64,000 bases of DNA, taken from the NCBI RefSeq assembly GCF_009914755.1, contig NC_060940.1; one strand, 5' to 3'. The translations under genes and the position numbers were made by a program. Positions 1 through 18,408 of this stretch are shown piece by piece. The notes beneath the pieces were generated by a model, which was not told the origin of the DNA, did no database searches, and saw only the letters and a program-made list of their open reading frames with translations. Position 1 is the stretch's first letter; the number at the start of each line of letters is the position of its first letter. The stretch comes from the human T2T-CHM13v2.0 reference genome, Homo sapiens.

Positions 1-249
1 GGCACTATCTTGGCTCACTGCAAACCTCCACCTCTTCCCTGCTCATGCAATCCTTCCACCTCAGCCTCCCTAGTAGCTGGAACTATGGTGCATGCCACCA
101 TGCCTGGCTAATTTTTGTATTTTTTGCAGAGACGGGGGTTTTACCATGAAGTCCAGGCTGGTCTCAAACTCCTGGGCTCAAGTGATCTGTCCACTTCAGC
201 CTCCCAAAAGTGCTGGGATTACAGATGCAAGCCACCACGCCCAGCCTAT

Positions 250-640
250 ATTTTGAGGAACTTCCATATAATTTTCCAGAATGACTGTAATAATTTACAT
301 TCCCACGAACGGTGGGTAAGGGTTCCCTTTTCTCCATATCTTCACCAACACCAGCACCAACAGGTGATATCTCATCGTGCTTTTAATTTGCGTTTTCCTG
401 GTGGTTAGTGCTGTTGAACATTTTTTCATATATTTGTTGGTCATTTCTGTGTCTTTTTTTTTTTTAATATCTGTTCAGGTCCTTTGCCCATTTTAAATCA
501 GCTTATTTGTTTTTTTCACTCTGAGTTTTTTGAGTTTCTTATATATTTTGGGTATTAACACCTTATTGGATGTATTGCTTACAAATGTTTTCTCCCAATC
601 TGTAAGTTATTACTTCATTCTGTTAATTTTTTCCTTATGC
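250..640 (-). mobile_element. Old L1M (LINE-1) 3' region fragment
   Basis: TTTTGAGGAACTTCCAT...AATTTACATTCCCAC...GTTCCCTTTTCTCCATATC...GTTGAACATTTTTTCATATATTTGTTGG resembles antisense L1 ORF2/3' end sequence. Confidence 0.75.
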
Positions 641-1858
641 TTGGTAATCCTTGATTGCTTATCAGACATTGTAAATTTTACCTTGTAGAACACCAAATAT
701 TTGTGTAATCTTTATGATTTGTTAGACAGGTCCAGATTAATGCTCAGTGTAGGCTTAATTTTTTTTTTTTTTTTTTTTTTTAGATAGAGTCTCACCGTTG
801 CCCAGGCTGGAGGGCAGTTGTGCCATTTTGGTGCACTGCAGCCTCTGCCTCTGGAGTTCAACTGATTCTCCTGCCTCAGCCTCCTGAGTAGCTGGGACTA
901 GAGGCACACGCCACCATGCCTGGCTAATTTTTGTATTTTTAGTAGAGAGTGGGTTACACCCTGTTGGCCAGGCTGCTCTTGAACTCCTGGCCTCAAGTGA
1001 TCTGCCCACCTTGGCCTCCCACAGTGCGATTACAGGTGTGAGCCACCGTGCCTGCCCGGCCTTTTTAAGAGATGTGGTCTTGCTGTGTTGCCTGGGCTGG
1101 TCTCAAAGTCCTGACCTCAAGTGATCCACCCATCTCAGCCTCCCACAGTGCTGGGATTACAGGCATGAGCCACTGCACCGGAAGTCTAGGTTTAATTATT
1201 CCCCATTACTGAGACAAGACCTTCCTGAGCGCTCTACCCCATGCCTAGCGAATGATCAGTTTTTCCAGCTGGCCAGTGGGAAGAGGTCCTGGCCCTACCT
1301 CGTGTGAATCTTGGGCGTTGTTTCCTCGAATCCTTTCAGCTGGTTCTTTCCCTGGCCTTGGAGAGTTTCTTCACACACATGTGCTGATTAGTTCTTTGCT
1401 GAATCCTCTGAAGTCCTCTGGGGTACTCTCTCTGTGCACCTCTGTCTTGTAGGTGTTCCATTATCTAAGCTCTAGCTGCTGTGGTCTCCTCGGACTCAGC
1501 CACTCCATTTCCTCAACTCTGCGAATCCTCTGGGCTGCAACAACCCACATCCCCCTTGCCCTGCCCCACACTTTGGAAACGCTCTCGAAGCAGTAAACTG
1601 CACAGTCCTAAAAGGACTGTTGATGTCCTTTCTCTCTGGGATTTCATTGCTTTTGTTACTTTCTCTCATTGCTTGATGTTCAGCGTTTTGAACACTGTTG
1701 TTCCATGTATTGGGTCTGTTTTTGTCACTGTGGTGGTGGTGATTGTTTCAGACAGGAGGGCGGACCCAGCCCACGTGACTCCATCTTGGCTGGAAGCAGG
1801 AATCTCGGGATCAGTGGTTTCAAAGCTCCTCAGGTGATTCCAGGGGACGCTGAGGTGA

Positions 1859-2176
<318 letters not shown>

Positions 2177-2324
2177 TGATTCTCCATCTCTTTTCTTTCA
2201 TATTTTCCTTTCTTTTCTTTCTTTTTTGTTGGCATTTTGCTCTACATCCTGAGAGGTGTTTCAAAACTTTTCCACCCGTACCTTCCTTTGATTAATTTTT
2301 TATTTAACTTAATTAATTAATTAA

Positions 2325-2435
<111 letters not shown>

Positions 2436-2663
2436 TGAGTAGCTGGGAGTACAGATGCACTCCACCATGCCCGGCTAATTATTTTATTTTTTGTAGAGAT
2501 GGGGTTTTGCCATGTTTCCCAGGCTGTGATGGATTTTTAAATTTGGTCCGTCGTATTTGTGACTTCCAGAACTTTGTCTTGTTCTCCAATTGCAGCATCT
2601 TCCTGGAAGCCTCTTCTTGGTTCGTGGTGCATTATCTTATTCATTCCTTTCCTCCAGGGCTAG

Positions 2664-2915
<252 letters not shown>

Positions 2916-3449
2916 TGATCCACCCGCCTTAGCCTTCCAAAGTGCTGGGATTACAGGCATGAGCCATTGCGCCCAGGCTTTTTTTTTTTTTTTTTTTTTT
3001 TTTGAGATGGAGTTTTGCTCTTGTTGCCCAGGCTGGAGTGCCACCTGCAGCCCAGTGATCTTGGCTCACTGCAACCTCTGCCTCCTAGGTTCACGCAATT
3101 TTCGTGCCTCAGCCTCCCGAGTAGCTGGGATTACAGTCATGTGCCACCATGCCCGGCTAATTTTATATTTTTACTAGAGATGGGGTTTCACCATGTTGGC
3201 CAGGCTGGTCTCGAATTCCAGACCTCAGGTGATCCACCCTCCTCAGCCTCCCAAAGTGCGGGCATTACAGGTGTAAGCCACTGCACCCAACCATCTGCTA
3301 TTCATCTTAATCCTCTCTGGTGGCACCGAAATGAAGAGGAGACCCATGTGGATCTCCCTGCAGCCGGGTGGGTCTGGTTCCACAAGAGGCCTTTTCCTGA
3401 ACTGGCTGCAGGCTCCGCGGGCAGGTCTGTTAATTGGTTAAAATGCTTC

Positions 3450-3670
3450 ATTCAGTTAGGTGGGTTTTGTTCCCTTCTCCCCACCCAGAGGACATTTGGG
3501 AATGTCGGGAGATATTTTTGGTTATGGCAGCTAGGGGGATCCTTCTGACACCTAGTGGATAGAGGCCAGAAATGCCACTAAGTATCCTAGGACATGCAGG
3601 AGAGCCTCTCAACGATTAAGAATCAGCTGTCCCAACATGTTAATAGCACATAGGTCGGAGAGACACCCTG
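3450..3670. mobile_element. MER20-like hAT-Charlie DNA transposon
   Basis: CCCAGAGGACATTTGGGAATGTCGGGAGATATTTTTGGTT...TAGTGGATAGAGGCCAG...ATGTTAATAGCAC resembles the MER20 consensus. Confidence 0.65.
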
Positions 3671-4277
3671 ATTTAAGGCCATCTGAGTACAGGCTCCCCA
3701 GCTCTCACCACCAAAGGCCAAGATAAGGAGGGTCCCTCTACAGCCACTTCAGGGAACTTCCAAGGGAGCTTGTTCAATTATGTTTATTTATTTTATTTAT
3801 TTATTTTTTTTGAGACGGAGTCTTGCTCTGTTGCCCAGGCTGGAGTGCAACCTCCACCTCCCAGGTTCAAACGATTCTCCTGCCTCAGCCTCCCAAGTAG
3901 CTGGGATTACAGGCACCTGCCACCACACCCAGATAATTTTTGTATTTTTTGTAGAGAAGGGGTTTCATCACGTTGCCCAGGCTGGTCTTGAATGCCATGA
4001 CCGCCCCCAGTTGTGCTTAGAAGATACCGCCAACAGGCCGGGTGCGGTGGCTCATGCCTTAATCCCAGTACTTTGGGAGGCCGAGGCAGCTGGATCACGA
4101 GGTCAGGAGTTCGAGCCTGGCCAAGATGGTGAAACCCCGTCTCTACTAAAAATACCAAAATTGGCCAGGCATGGTAGCTCACGCCTGTAATCCCAGCACT
4201 TTGGGAGGCCAAGGTGGGTGGATCATGAGGTCAGGAGATCGAGACCATCCTAGCTAACACGGTGAAACCCCGTCTCA

Positions 4278-4466
<189 letters not shown>

Positions 4467-4531
4467 TTAAAACATAAAAATACAAAAATTAGCCAGGCAA
4501 GGTGGCGAGTACCTGTAATCCCAGCTACTCA

Positions 4532-4732
<201 letters not shown>

Positions 4733-4733
4733 T

Positions 4734-4760
<27 letters not shown>
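4733..4760. repeat. (TA)n microsatellite
   Basis: Uninterrupted TA dinucleotide run. Confidence 0.95.
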
Positions 4761-4766
<6 letters not shown>

Positions 4767-5304
4767 CTGTAGTGTTGCGTCATGAGATATTGAAAAACAC
4801 ACATAACTTTTTTTAAAATTTGTTCTGGGCCAGGCGTGTAATCCCAGTAATTTGTGCAGCTGAGATGGGAGGATCGCTTGATCTCAGGAGTTCAAGACCA
4901 ACCTGTGTGACACAGTGAGACACTCATCTCTACAAAAAATTAAAAATTACTGGGGCATGGTTTCGTGCACCTGTGGTCCCAGCTGAGATGGGAGAATTGC
5001 TTGAGCACACGAGGTCAAGGCTGCAGTGAGCCAAGATCGCACCGCTGCACTCCAGCCTGGGCGACAGAGCAAGATCCTGTCTCAAAACAAACAAAAACAA
5101 AAGTAAAACTACAATGTGAATGCAAGTTTTCTCAGAATATACATCCTTTAATATTTTGATCTTTGAATTTTCAATCACTATCTACCACAGAATGTTCCCT
5201 TTCCAAATTACAACTAATTTATAACTCAGTAAGGAACACTCTGGGACAAGTTCTTTTTTTTCTTTCTTTTTTCCAACTCTGGATACAGATTGGCAGACAG
5301 CAGT

Positions 5305-5541
5305 CTTGAGAGCTTGTTGGGAGGGTCTAGCAGGGGAGCACAGCTACTTGTATGCCCTTGACCGAAGACTGGTCCTTGTCTATCGGGGATGGTTGTCCTC
5401 TTTAACGGAGTGCACAGCTTCAGGAGGTTGCACATGGAGTAGTGAGGGAGGAAGGGGACACCCACCTAGCCAGCCAGGTCAGCTGAATCAACCCTGGCGA
5501 TCAGTGGGGTAACATGTTGCAGCCAGATCGCCCTCACATCC
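5305..5541 (-). pseudogene. 7SK snRNA retro-pseudogene (RN7SK-derived), 3'-truncated
   Basis: The reverse complement starts GGATGTGAGGGCGATCTGGCTGC (7SK 5' end) and follows 7SK to ...CAAGCTCTCAAG (about 237 nt). Flanked by the near-identical direct repeats CAGACAGCAGTCTT (5294-5307) and CAGGCAGCAGTCTT (5541-5554). Confidence 0.95.
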
Positions 5542-5733
5542 AGGCAGCAGTCTTTAGTGAAGTGCTAACATTGTTCAACAGAGAAATCCAATAGCTAGGT
5601 TGGAGGTGGGCAGAGAAAGGGAAGTTATAAAACTCACCAGGCTGGGCGCAGTGGCTCATGCCTGTAATCCCAGCACTTTGGGAGGCCGAGGCGGGCAGAT
5701 CATGAGGTCAGGAGATCGAGACCATCCTGGCTA

Positions 5734-5994
<261 letters not shown>

Positions 5995-6412
5995 TTACTT
6001 AAAATGCCCACATTTGTGTTTGTTTTGTTTTGTTTTGAGACAGAGTTTCACTCTTGTTGCCCAGGCTGGAGTACAATGGTGCGATCTTGGTTCACTACAA
6101 CCTCCGCCTGCCCGGTTGAAGTGATTCTCCTGCCTCAGCCTGCTGAGTAGCTGGGATTACAGATGTGCCCCACCATGCCCGGCTAATTTTTTGTGTTTTT
6201 AGTAGAGATGGGGTTTCACCATGTTGGCCAGGTTGGTCTTGAACTCCTCACCTCAGGTGATCTGCTTGCCTCAGCCTCCCAAAGTGCTGGGAATCCAGGC
6301 GTGAGCCACCACACCCGACCCCACATTTGTTTTTATGATAGAATGTTTTCATAATTTATTATATTACTAAGTTGTGTTTTAGATTTTTCAGTTTCAAGTT
6401 TGGTTTCTAAAA

Positions 6413-8144
<1,732 letters not shown>

Positions 8145-8353
8145 AGGCCAGGCACGGTGGCTTATGCCTGTAAACCCAGCACTTTGGGAGGTCGAGACGG
8201 GCAGATCACTTGAGGTCAGGAGTTTGAGACCAGCCTGGGCAACATGGTAAAACCCCCATCTCTACAAAAAATACAAAAATTAGCCAGGCATGGTGGCATG
8301 CACTGTAATTCCAGCTACTCGGGAGGCTCAGGAGTTTGAGACCAGCCTGACTA

Positions 8354-8644
<291 letters not shown>

Positions 8645-9497
8645 TCAGACAGGATCTCTCGCTCTGTTACCCAGGCTGTAGTGAAATAGTGTGATAATGT
8701 GATCACAGCTTCCTGCATCCTTGACCGCCCCCAGCCTCAAGTGTTCCTTCCACCTCAGCCTCCTGAGTGGCTGGGACTACAGGTGACCGCCATCATGCCT
8801 GGCTAATTTTTGTTTTTTCTTTTTTTAGAGATGGGGTTTTGCCATGTTGTCCAGGTTGGTCTTGAACTCCTGGGCTCAAGTGATCCTCCTCCCTTGGCCT
8901 CTCAAAGTGCTGAGATTACAGGCTATGAGCCTCTGTGCCTGGCCCCTAAACTTTTTCCAACCCACCATTCCACCATGCTCTGTGTATCAGCTCTCCATAC
9001 TTTATGACTTCATTGCTTTAGTCACTGTTCTGCTACTTGCAGCCTAGGGCATTCCTAATGACACATGGTCCACATTAGACTTTACAGATAGCCTCATTTT
9101 CTACTAGTTTTGCCTATGAGGAAGACAGCCCTAGAAAGTGACAGCTAGATTGAGACCTAAAGAGTAAGAATTAGCCAAGATGAAGTAGTGGGAGGGAGGA
9201 AGATGGATGTTGCAAAAGGAAGGGAGTGTTTGTTGAAATGATCAGAAGTTGGAAAAATCTTTTAAGCATTTTTCTTTTCTTTAGAGATGGGTTCTCTGTC
9301 ACCCACATTGGAGTGTAGTGGTATGGTCATAGCTCAGTGTAGCCTTGAACTCCTGACCTCAAGGGATCCTCCTCTTCAGCCTCCTGGAATTACAGGCATG
9401 AGCCATCATGCTTGGCTAATTTATTTTTAAATTTTTTGTATAGACCTGGCCACGTGTGAGGGCTCATACCTGTAATCCCAGCATTTTGGGAGGCCTA

Positions 9498-9827
<330 letters not shown>

Positions 9828-10875
9828 TCAAGCAATCCTCTCACTTCAGCCTCCCAAGTAGCTGGGATTACAGGAGTGAGCCACCACATCCGACCCTTTT
9901 AAGCATTTTTTTTTTTTTTTTTTGGCAGGCTTACTCCAGGTGCAATGTGGAAAATAGAGACAGGGGAACATTTAAGCGCAGTTTAGGAGCAATGAGTGGA
10001 GCAGAACCAGGATGGAAGAAGTAAGCATGAGGAGAAGCAGGCAGAAGTCAGGGGTGTTTGGAGGTGCTGATGGGGGGCAGAAAGGAGCCTAGGAGAAAGA
10101 AGAGGATTAGGCTTGGTGGGGGTGGTCATGCATCCTAAAATAATTTTGAGGTCTTCACAGGGGGATATTGAAGTGGCTGTTAGAGAGATAGGGTTTGAAG
10201 TCAGGAGAGAGACATAGGTTAAGACATAGGTTTGGGTTCATGTTACAGAGACCCAGGACGACAGTGATTTATACAAAAGAAAGTGTTAGTTCTCTGTCGT
10301 GTAATTACACTGAGGCAGGCAGTTCAGGTGTCCTGTGCTGGCTGCAGGGATTCAAGCTCCTTCCATCTCCTGGCTCAGCCAACCCTGGCATGCTGCCGTT
10401 GTCCATGATATCTCACCATCATGTCTGGATTCTAAATAGCAGGAGAGAGAAAGAGGAGTGGGGAAGAGGAGCCAGAACCAGTTGCATGGATGCCCTTAGC
10501 CACAAGGGGGTCTGGGAAATGCAGCTTTTCCTCTGGGTGGCCACAAGCCCAGTTAAAAATAATGGTGCTGGCAACGTGCATGGCACACGGCTGGAATCCC
10601 AGCACTTTGGGAGGCTGAGGCAGGTGGATCACTTGAGCCCAGGAGCTCAACACCAGCCTGGCCAACATAGTGGGACCCCATCTCTACAAGAAATACAAAA
10701 AATAGCCAGGTGTCGTGGCACATGTCTGTAGTCCCAGCTACTTGGAAGGCTGACACAGGAGGATTACCTGAAAGTGAGGAGGTCAAGGCTGCAGTGAGCT
10801 GTGATTGCACCACTGCACTCGTCTTGGCAACAGAGCAAGACTCTGTTTCAAAAAAGAAAGAAAAAAAGAAGAGGT

Positions 10876-11194
10876 TGTATTAGTCCATTCTCATGCTATT
10901 AATAAAGACATACCCGAGACTGGGTAATTTATAAAGGAAAGAGGTTTAATTGACTCACAATTAAGTATGGCTGGGGAGGCATCAGGAAACTTATACAGTC
11001 ATGGCAGAAGGGGAAGCAAAAACATCCTTCTTCATGTGGCGGCAGCAAGGAAAAGTGCTGAGCCAAAGGAGCAAAAGTCCCTTATAAAGCCATCAGATCT
11101 TGTGACAACTTTATCACCAGAACAGCATGGAGGTAACCACCCTCATGATTCAATTGCCTCCTACGACACGTGGGGATACAGCCAAACCATATCA
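10876..11194 (-). mobile_element. THE1 (probably THE1C) solo LTR
   Basis: TGTATTAGTCCATTCTCATGCT...AAAGACATACCCGAGACTGGG...CAGCCAAACCATATCA, with 5-bp TSD GAGGT on both sides. Confidence 0.88.
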
Positions 11195-11385
11195 GAGGTA
11201 GTGCTATTCCTTTAAAATAATGCGAGAATAGATCTAGGAGGACCACATCTGCCACTGCTGGAGATGGAGACATGGGGAACATCAGGGTATGAGATAGTAA
11301 TTGGGGCCAGGCGCAGTTGGCTCACGCCTGTATCCCAGCACTTTGGGAGGCTGAGGCGGGTGGATCACTTGAACTCAGGAGTTCA

Positions 11386-12014
<629 letters not shown>

Positions 12015-12017
12015 TCA

Positions 12018-12683
<666 letters not shown>

Positions 12684-13179
12684 TTATTTATATGGGGAAA
12701 TAGCCTTTTGGGTGATATTGTGAATGGAATAACCTGACAAGCATGTCCTCACCACTATGCATCTAGAAGCGCTGCATAAAACTAAACAAACATCCTTTAA
12801 AACATGCAGCTTAGTTGCAAAAAAGAAAGGGAAATCCCCAGGAGGCACGAAGAGGAAACTGAACACTAGAGCTGTGCAACTTGCTGGGTGGCTGTGATCT
12901 TGGCATTGAAGGGCCTAGGGCTTTACACCTACCTAGAGATTGGAGATAAGGCCTTGTCTGGGGAACTGAAAACATAAACACTAATAGAAAGCTTGTACCC
13001 TTAAGGGGTGACATCCTTGGTGAAAGAGTAAACTAGGAAAAAAATCTGCCTCCAGTTCAGGGAGCATAAAAGGACCTTGTCTGTTTCACTCTGAGATTTG
13101 GTGACAATAAATGGTCTCTTTTGAGAATTCATAACCAAAGGCTTGGCCTCACTTGGACTTGGGGTTCAAGTTTACATCA

Positions 13180-13332
<153 letters not shown>

Positions 13333-13335
13333 CTA

Positions 13336-13692
<357 letters not shown>

Positions 13693-14120
13693 TCAAAATT
13701 ACAAAACATAAGAGGAAACAATCTTCATGAATGACAGTAAGCAGACACAGCATATAGCAGGATGAGCTCCAACTCCAGAACTCCAGAGAATAGCATTATT
13801 TGGCAAAGAACCATACAGCAAGTGTGGTTTAAATTTCTAAAGATATAAAAGAAGACATCAATATGAGAAAGAAATAAGATGGTGTTAAAAATGAGTGGGA
13901 TTCCGGTCAATGAATGCGTCTAAAAAAAAAAGTGAGCAGGAGAGGTTTAAAGTAAAAAGAAGAAACAGTAAAATGAATGCGTCTGTTAATCTATGAACTT
14001 ATTCATTCCCCATTCATTAGGCTCCTATAGTGTTTTAGACCATGTTCTGGGTCTGGAAATATAAAGATGACTCTGCAGATAGCAAGTTAGACTCTGCCTC
14101 AGGAAGATCGCATGCAGAAA

Positions 14121-14358
14121 TCCATGTATCAATGCATCCATTTATCTATACATCCACTCATCCACACATCCATTCTCTTCACCTATCCATTCTCCCATCC
14201 ATCCATCCATCCATCCATCTATTCATCCATCCATCTGTCCGTCTGTCCATCTATCCATCCATCCATTTATTCATCCATCCATCCATCCATTCATCCATCT
14301 ATCTAGTCTTCCATCCATTCATTTATTTATCCATCCATCCATCCATCCATCCATCCAA
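14121..14358. repeat. (TCCA)n degenerate tetranucleotide microsatellite
   Basis: Long CCAT/TCCA array, the source of the HPSI-repeat ORFs. Confidence 0.95.
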
Positions 14359-14378
14359 CCGTCTTTCATTTTACTCAT

Positions 14379-15363
14379 TGTGGGGGAAAGAAAGAGAGAT
14401 CTGACTGTTACTGTGTCTCTGTAGAAAGAAGAAGACATAAGAAACTCCATTTTGTTCTGTACTAAGAAAAATTCTGCCTTGAGATGCTGTTAATCTGTAA
14501 CCCTAGTCCCAACCCTGTGCTCGCAGAAACATGTGCTGTGTTGACTCAAGGTTTAATGGATTTAGGGCTGTGCAGGATGCACCTTGTTAAAAATGTGTTT
14601 GCAGGCAATATGCCTGGTAAAAGTCATTGCCATTCTCCATTATCGAGTATCTAGGGACAGAATGCACTGCGGAAGGCTGCAGGGACCTCTGCCCAAGAAA
14701 GCCTGGGTATTGTCCAAGGTTTCTCCCCACTGAGACAGCCTGAGATATGGCCTTGTGGGAAGGGGAAGACCTGACTGTCCCCCAGCCCAACACCGTAAAG
14801 GGTCTGTGCTGAGGAGGATTAGTGAAAGAGGAAGGCCTCTTTGCCGTTGAGATAAGAGGAAGGCATCTGTGTCCTGCTCGTCCCTGGGAACGGAATGTCT
14901 CGGTGTAAGGCCCGATCATACATTCTATTTACTGAGATAGGAGAAAACTACCTTATGGCTGGAGGTGAGACATGCTGGCGGCAATACTGCTCTTTACTGC
15001 TCTGAGATGTTTGTGTAAAGTCAAACATAAATCTGACCTACGTGCACATCGAGGCACAGCACGTTTCCTTAAACTTATTTATGACACAGAGACCTTTGCT
15101 CACGTTTTCCTGCTGACCCTCTCCCTACCATTACCCTATAGTCCTGCCATATCCGCCTCACTGAGATAGTAGAGATAGTGATCAGTAAATACTAAGGGAA
15201 CTCAGAGACCAGTGCCCGCACAGGTCCTCCGTATGCTGAGCGCTGGTCCCCTAGGCCCACTGTTCTCTCTCTATACTTTGTCTCTGCATCTTATTTCTTT
15301 TCTCAGTCTCTTGCCCCACCTGACAAGAAATACCCACAGGTGTGGAGGGGCTGGCCCCCTTCA
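14379..15363 (+). mobile_element. HERV-K(HML-2) solo LTR, LTR5B-type
   Basis: Starts TGTGGGGGAAAGAAAGAGAGATCTGACTGTTACTGTGTC and ends GGGGCTGGCCCCCTTCA (LTR5B-type end). About 985 bp, with TSD CTCAT (14374-14378 / 15364-15368). Confidence 0.92.
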
Positions 15364-16616
15364 CTCATTCTCAAATGTCACAGCTAGAAAAGTCCCAATA
15401 GAACATCTTGTTCAACTTTCAGCTGTCTTTTTGTACATGAAAAAAGCACATGAGGCCCCATAATACAAAACTCTGTTTTCTGAAGTCTCTAAGTGAATAA
15501 GGTGATGGAGGCAGATCATGAACTGGGGCCTTGTCCCTGCATTTCTTCCACACTGCAGTGCCTTTCCTGAACCCATGGCATGGAAGCATCTGACCTCTGA
15601 ACACCTGCCTCTATCTTCTGTTTCTCTCAGGTCTGTTCACTCCTCGTGGGCAGAGTCCCCACAACCCAGTGCTGTCAACTGATGGTGATGATAAGGAATG
15701 TCATTACCCAGCTCATGAGTGATAGAGATGGGACAGGGCCCTGGTCTCTCCCTGGTGTCAGTTTTGTGTCCATATCTTAGCTCACCCCTACCTTTGTTCC
15801 CTACTCTGCCGCTAGAGAGACTGTGAGCTCCTTGAGGGCAGGGCCCAGGTCTTATTCCTCCCCTCCCAGTGCCCAGCTCAGAAACAGTGCTTAGGATGCT
15901 GGCCAGTGACTACACCTGGGAGAAGAGACTGGACTAGGCTCTCGGTCCCTCTGCCTGGGGTTTCTGGCTGCTCTGTCAACTTCCAACATCCCAAAAATCA
16001 GAGGGGAGGTCAAGGGATTGGATGAGAGGCTCCAAGTGCTCCTTAGCCCACTGTGCAGGGAGAAGTGAGTGTTTCCTGGCTGTGGGTGAACTTCGTGGAC
16101 AGCATTAAACAACACAGCATCCCGCCCCCTATGCGGGGCTGTCTGTCTGCCTTGGCACTTCCAGAAGGTCTCATTGTGGTGCTAGAGTATCTAACACTTT
16201 CTGACTTGCAGATCAACATTCCCTTTTCTTGTTAACAAAGAGCAGTGCCGGGCGCGGTGGCTCACACCTGTAATCCCAGCACTTTGGGAGGCTGAAGCGG
16301 GCAGATCATGAGGTCAGGAGTTCGAGACCAGCCTGGCCAGCATGGTAAAACCCTGTCTCTACTAAAAATACAAAAATTAGCCAGGCATGGTGGCAGGCGC
16401 CTGTAATCCCAGCTACTTGGGAAGCTGAGGCAGGAGAATCGCTTAAACCCAGAGGCGGAGGTTGCAGTGAGCGGAGATCGCGCCATCACACTGCAGCCTG
16501 GGCAACAGAGCGAGACTCCGTCTCAAAAACAACAACAAAAACAAAGAGCAGAGTTTTAGGTCAATGCTTCCAGCAGGGAACAGAATTTAGATCTTAACAA
16601 TTTTGTTTACATTGTA

Positions 16617-16622
16617 TTTATT
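16617..16622 (-). terminator. C16orf54: Probable C16orf54 polyadenylation signal (AATAAA)
   Basis: TTTATT on the plus strand, about 1.8 kb 3' of the stop. It lies in an AT-rich hAT-Charlie-like remnant. Usage is inferred. Confidence 0.6.
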
Positions 16623-17220
16623 TTCATGTTTTACCTTCTATTGATGGCAAATGAGACTGGTTTTCCATTTACAGAAGTGATACAAAAGATTCCTGTTGCA
16701 ATAATTTCATTAAGTGAATAATGAGCCAATTTAAAGAAAAACATAAAGCAAATAATTGTACAGATGGTAAACTAATATGGCAAAATCACTAATATTCAAG
16801 GCTGAAGTTTGGCCGGGCATGGTGGCTCATGGCTGTAATCCCAACACTCTGAGAGATGGGGATGAGTGGCTCTCTCGAGCCCAGGAATTAAAGACCAGCC
16901 TGGGCAACATAGCAAGACCCTGTCTCTAAAAAAAAAAAATAGCCAGGTGTGGTGGTACATGCCTGTAGTTCCACCTACTAGGGAGACTGAGGTGGGAGGA
17001 TCACTTAAGCCCAGGAGTTCAAGGCCGCAGTGAGCTGAGATTGTGCCACTGTAGTCCAGCCTGGGCAACAGAGTGAGACCCTGTTTCAAAAACAAAAAAA
17101 AGTGGCCGGGTGCAGTGCTCATACCTGTAATCCCAGCATTTTGGGAGGCTAAGGCTGCTGGATCACTTGAGCCCAGGAGTTGGAAACCTGCCCAGGCAGT
17201 ATGGTGAGACCGTGTCTCTA

Positions 17221-17385
<165 letters not shown>

Positions 17386-18408
17386 TCAAAAAAAAAAAAA
17401 AAAAAAAGACAAAGTTTGGAAAATTAAACCCCCAGGGAAATGGAAACTACATCTGCTGCTCACCCACCTGCCTGCCTCTCCTAAAGGGAAGATCGGGTAC
17501 TTGGGGTCCCATTTCTGTAGGGTGGAGCATTATAAGTAAGCCTAGCTTGTGGCAAATCTGTCTCTCTGGACACTCCAGCAAGCTGGAAGGGACGATGATC
17601 AGAGGTCACAGTTTGGGAGTTGCCCTGCTCTAGGACAACGCTCCTCTCCACATTGGATGAAACTCAGTTTCCCCTGGCCATGGCCTTCCTCACCATGGAG
17701 TGGTGAGGGTCCGAGGCTGAGACGTGTGCAGATGGAGGAGAATGGGCAGAGGAGCCTGTGGGTTTTCTCTGACTCTAGGTCCCCACTCCAGCAAGACAGC
17801 GCCGCTGCAGCTTGGCCCAGCAAGTTCCTCCTTGCAGTTTGGGGGTCAAAGCCACAGTTCATATGAAACAAAATGTTCCTCTGCCTGGTCTGGTCCTCTC
17901 TTTGTGTATTTTCCTAGAGGACCTCACAGTGGGTGAGTGGCCAAGGAGAACAGGATTTGTGGCTCTGGGAAACTGGATTCCTGTCATCTCCTGCCAGCTG
18001 TCATCGCCACACCGAGGCTGTTCAGCACCGCAGGACCCGTTCTCTTTGGTATTGGTGGCTTCGGTAAACACTGAAAGAAGGTGGAGGTGGCTGGTCGATG
18101 CCATTTCCTGACTATCTAGTACCTTGGGTTCTTCATCTGGATGCGATCTTGAAGGCTTCTGGCCTGGCATTGGCTCCACCCCCAGGTCTCTGAGCCACAG
18201 CCCAGGTAGCTGAGCAGAGGCACTGCTGGGCTTCCCCTAGTCCACATAGCCTGGCCACCACCCAGACCCGGGGAGGGGGACTCCAGGTGGAAGGAGCCTG
18301 GGAAGGGCATCTTCGCTGGGGCAGTCTCAATCCTAATGCTGGATCCTGGGGTCCCCGGTCCCACTGAGGCAAGGCCTGCCTCGGGGATCTCTGGGGAACC
18401 CTGGGGAT

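Noticed and set aside
14042-14404. HPSI-repeat ORFs
   Set aside because: Translation of the (TCCA)n microsatellite.
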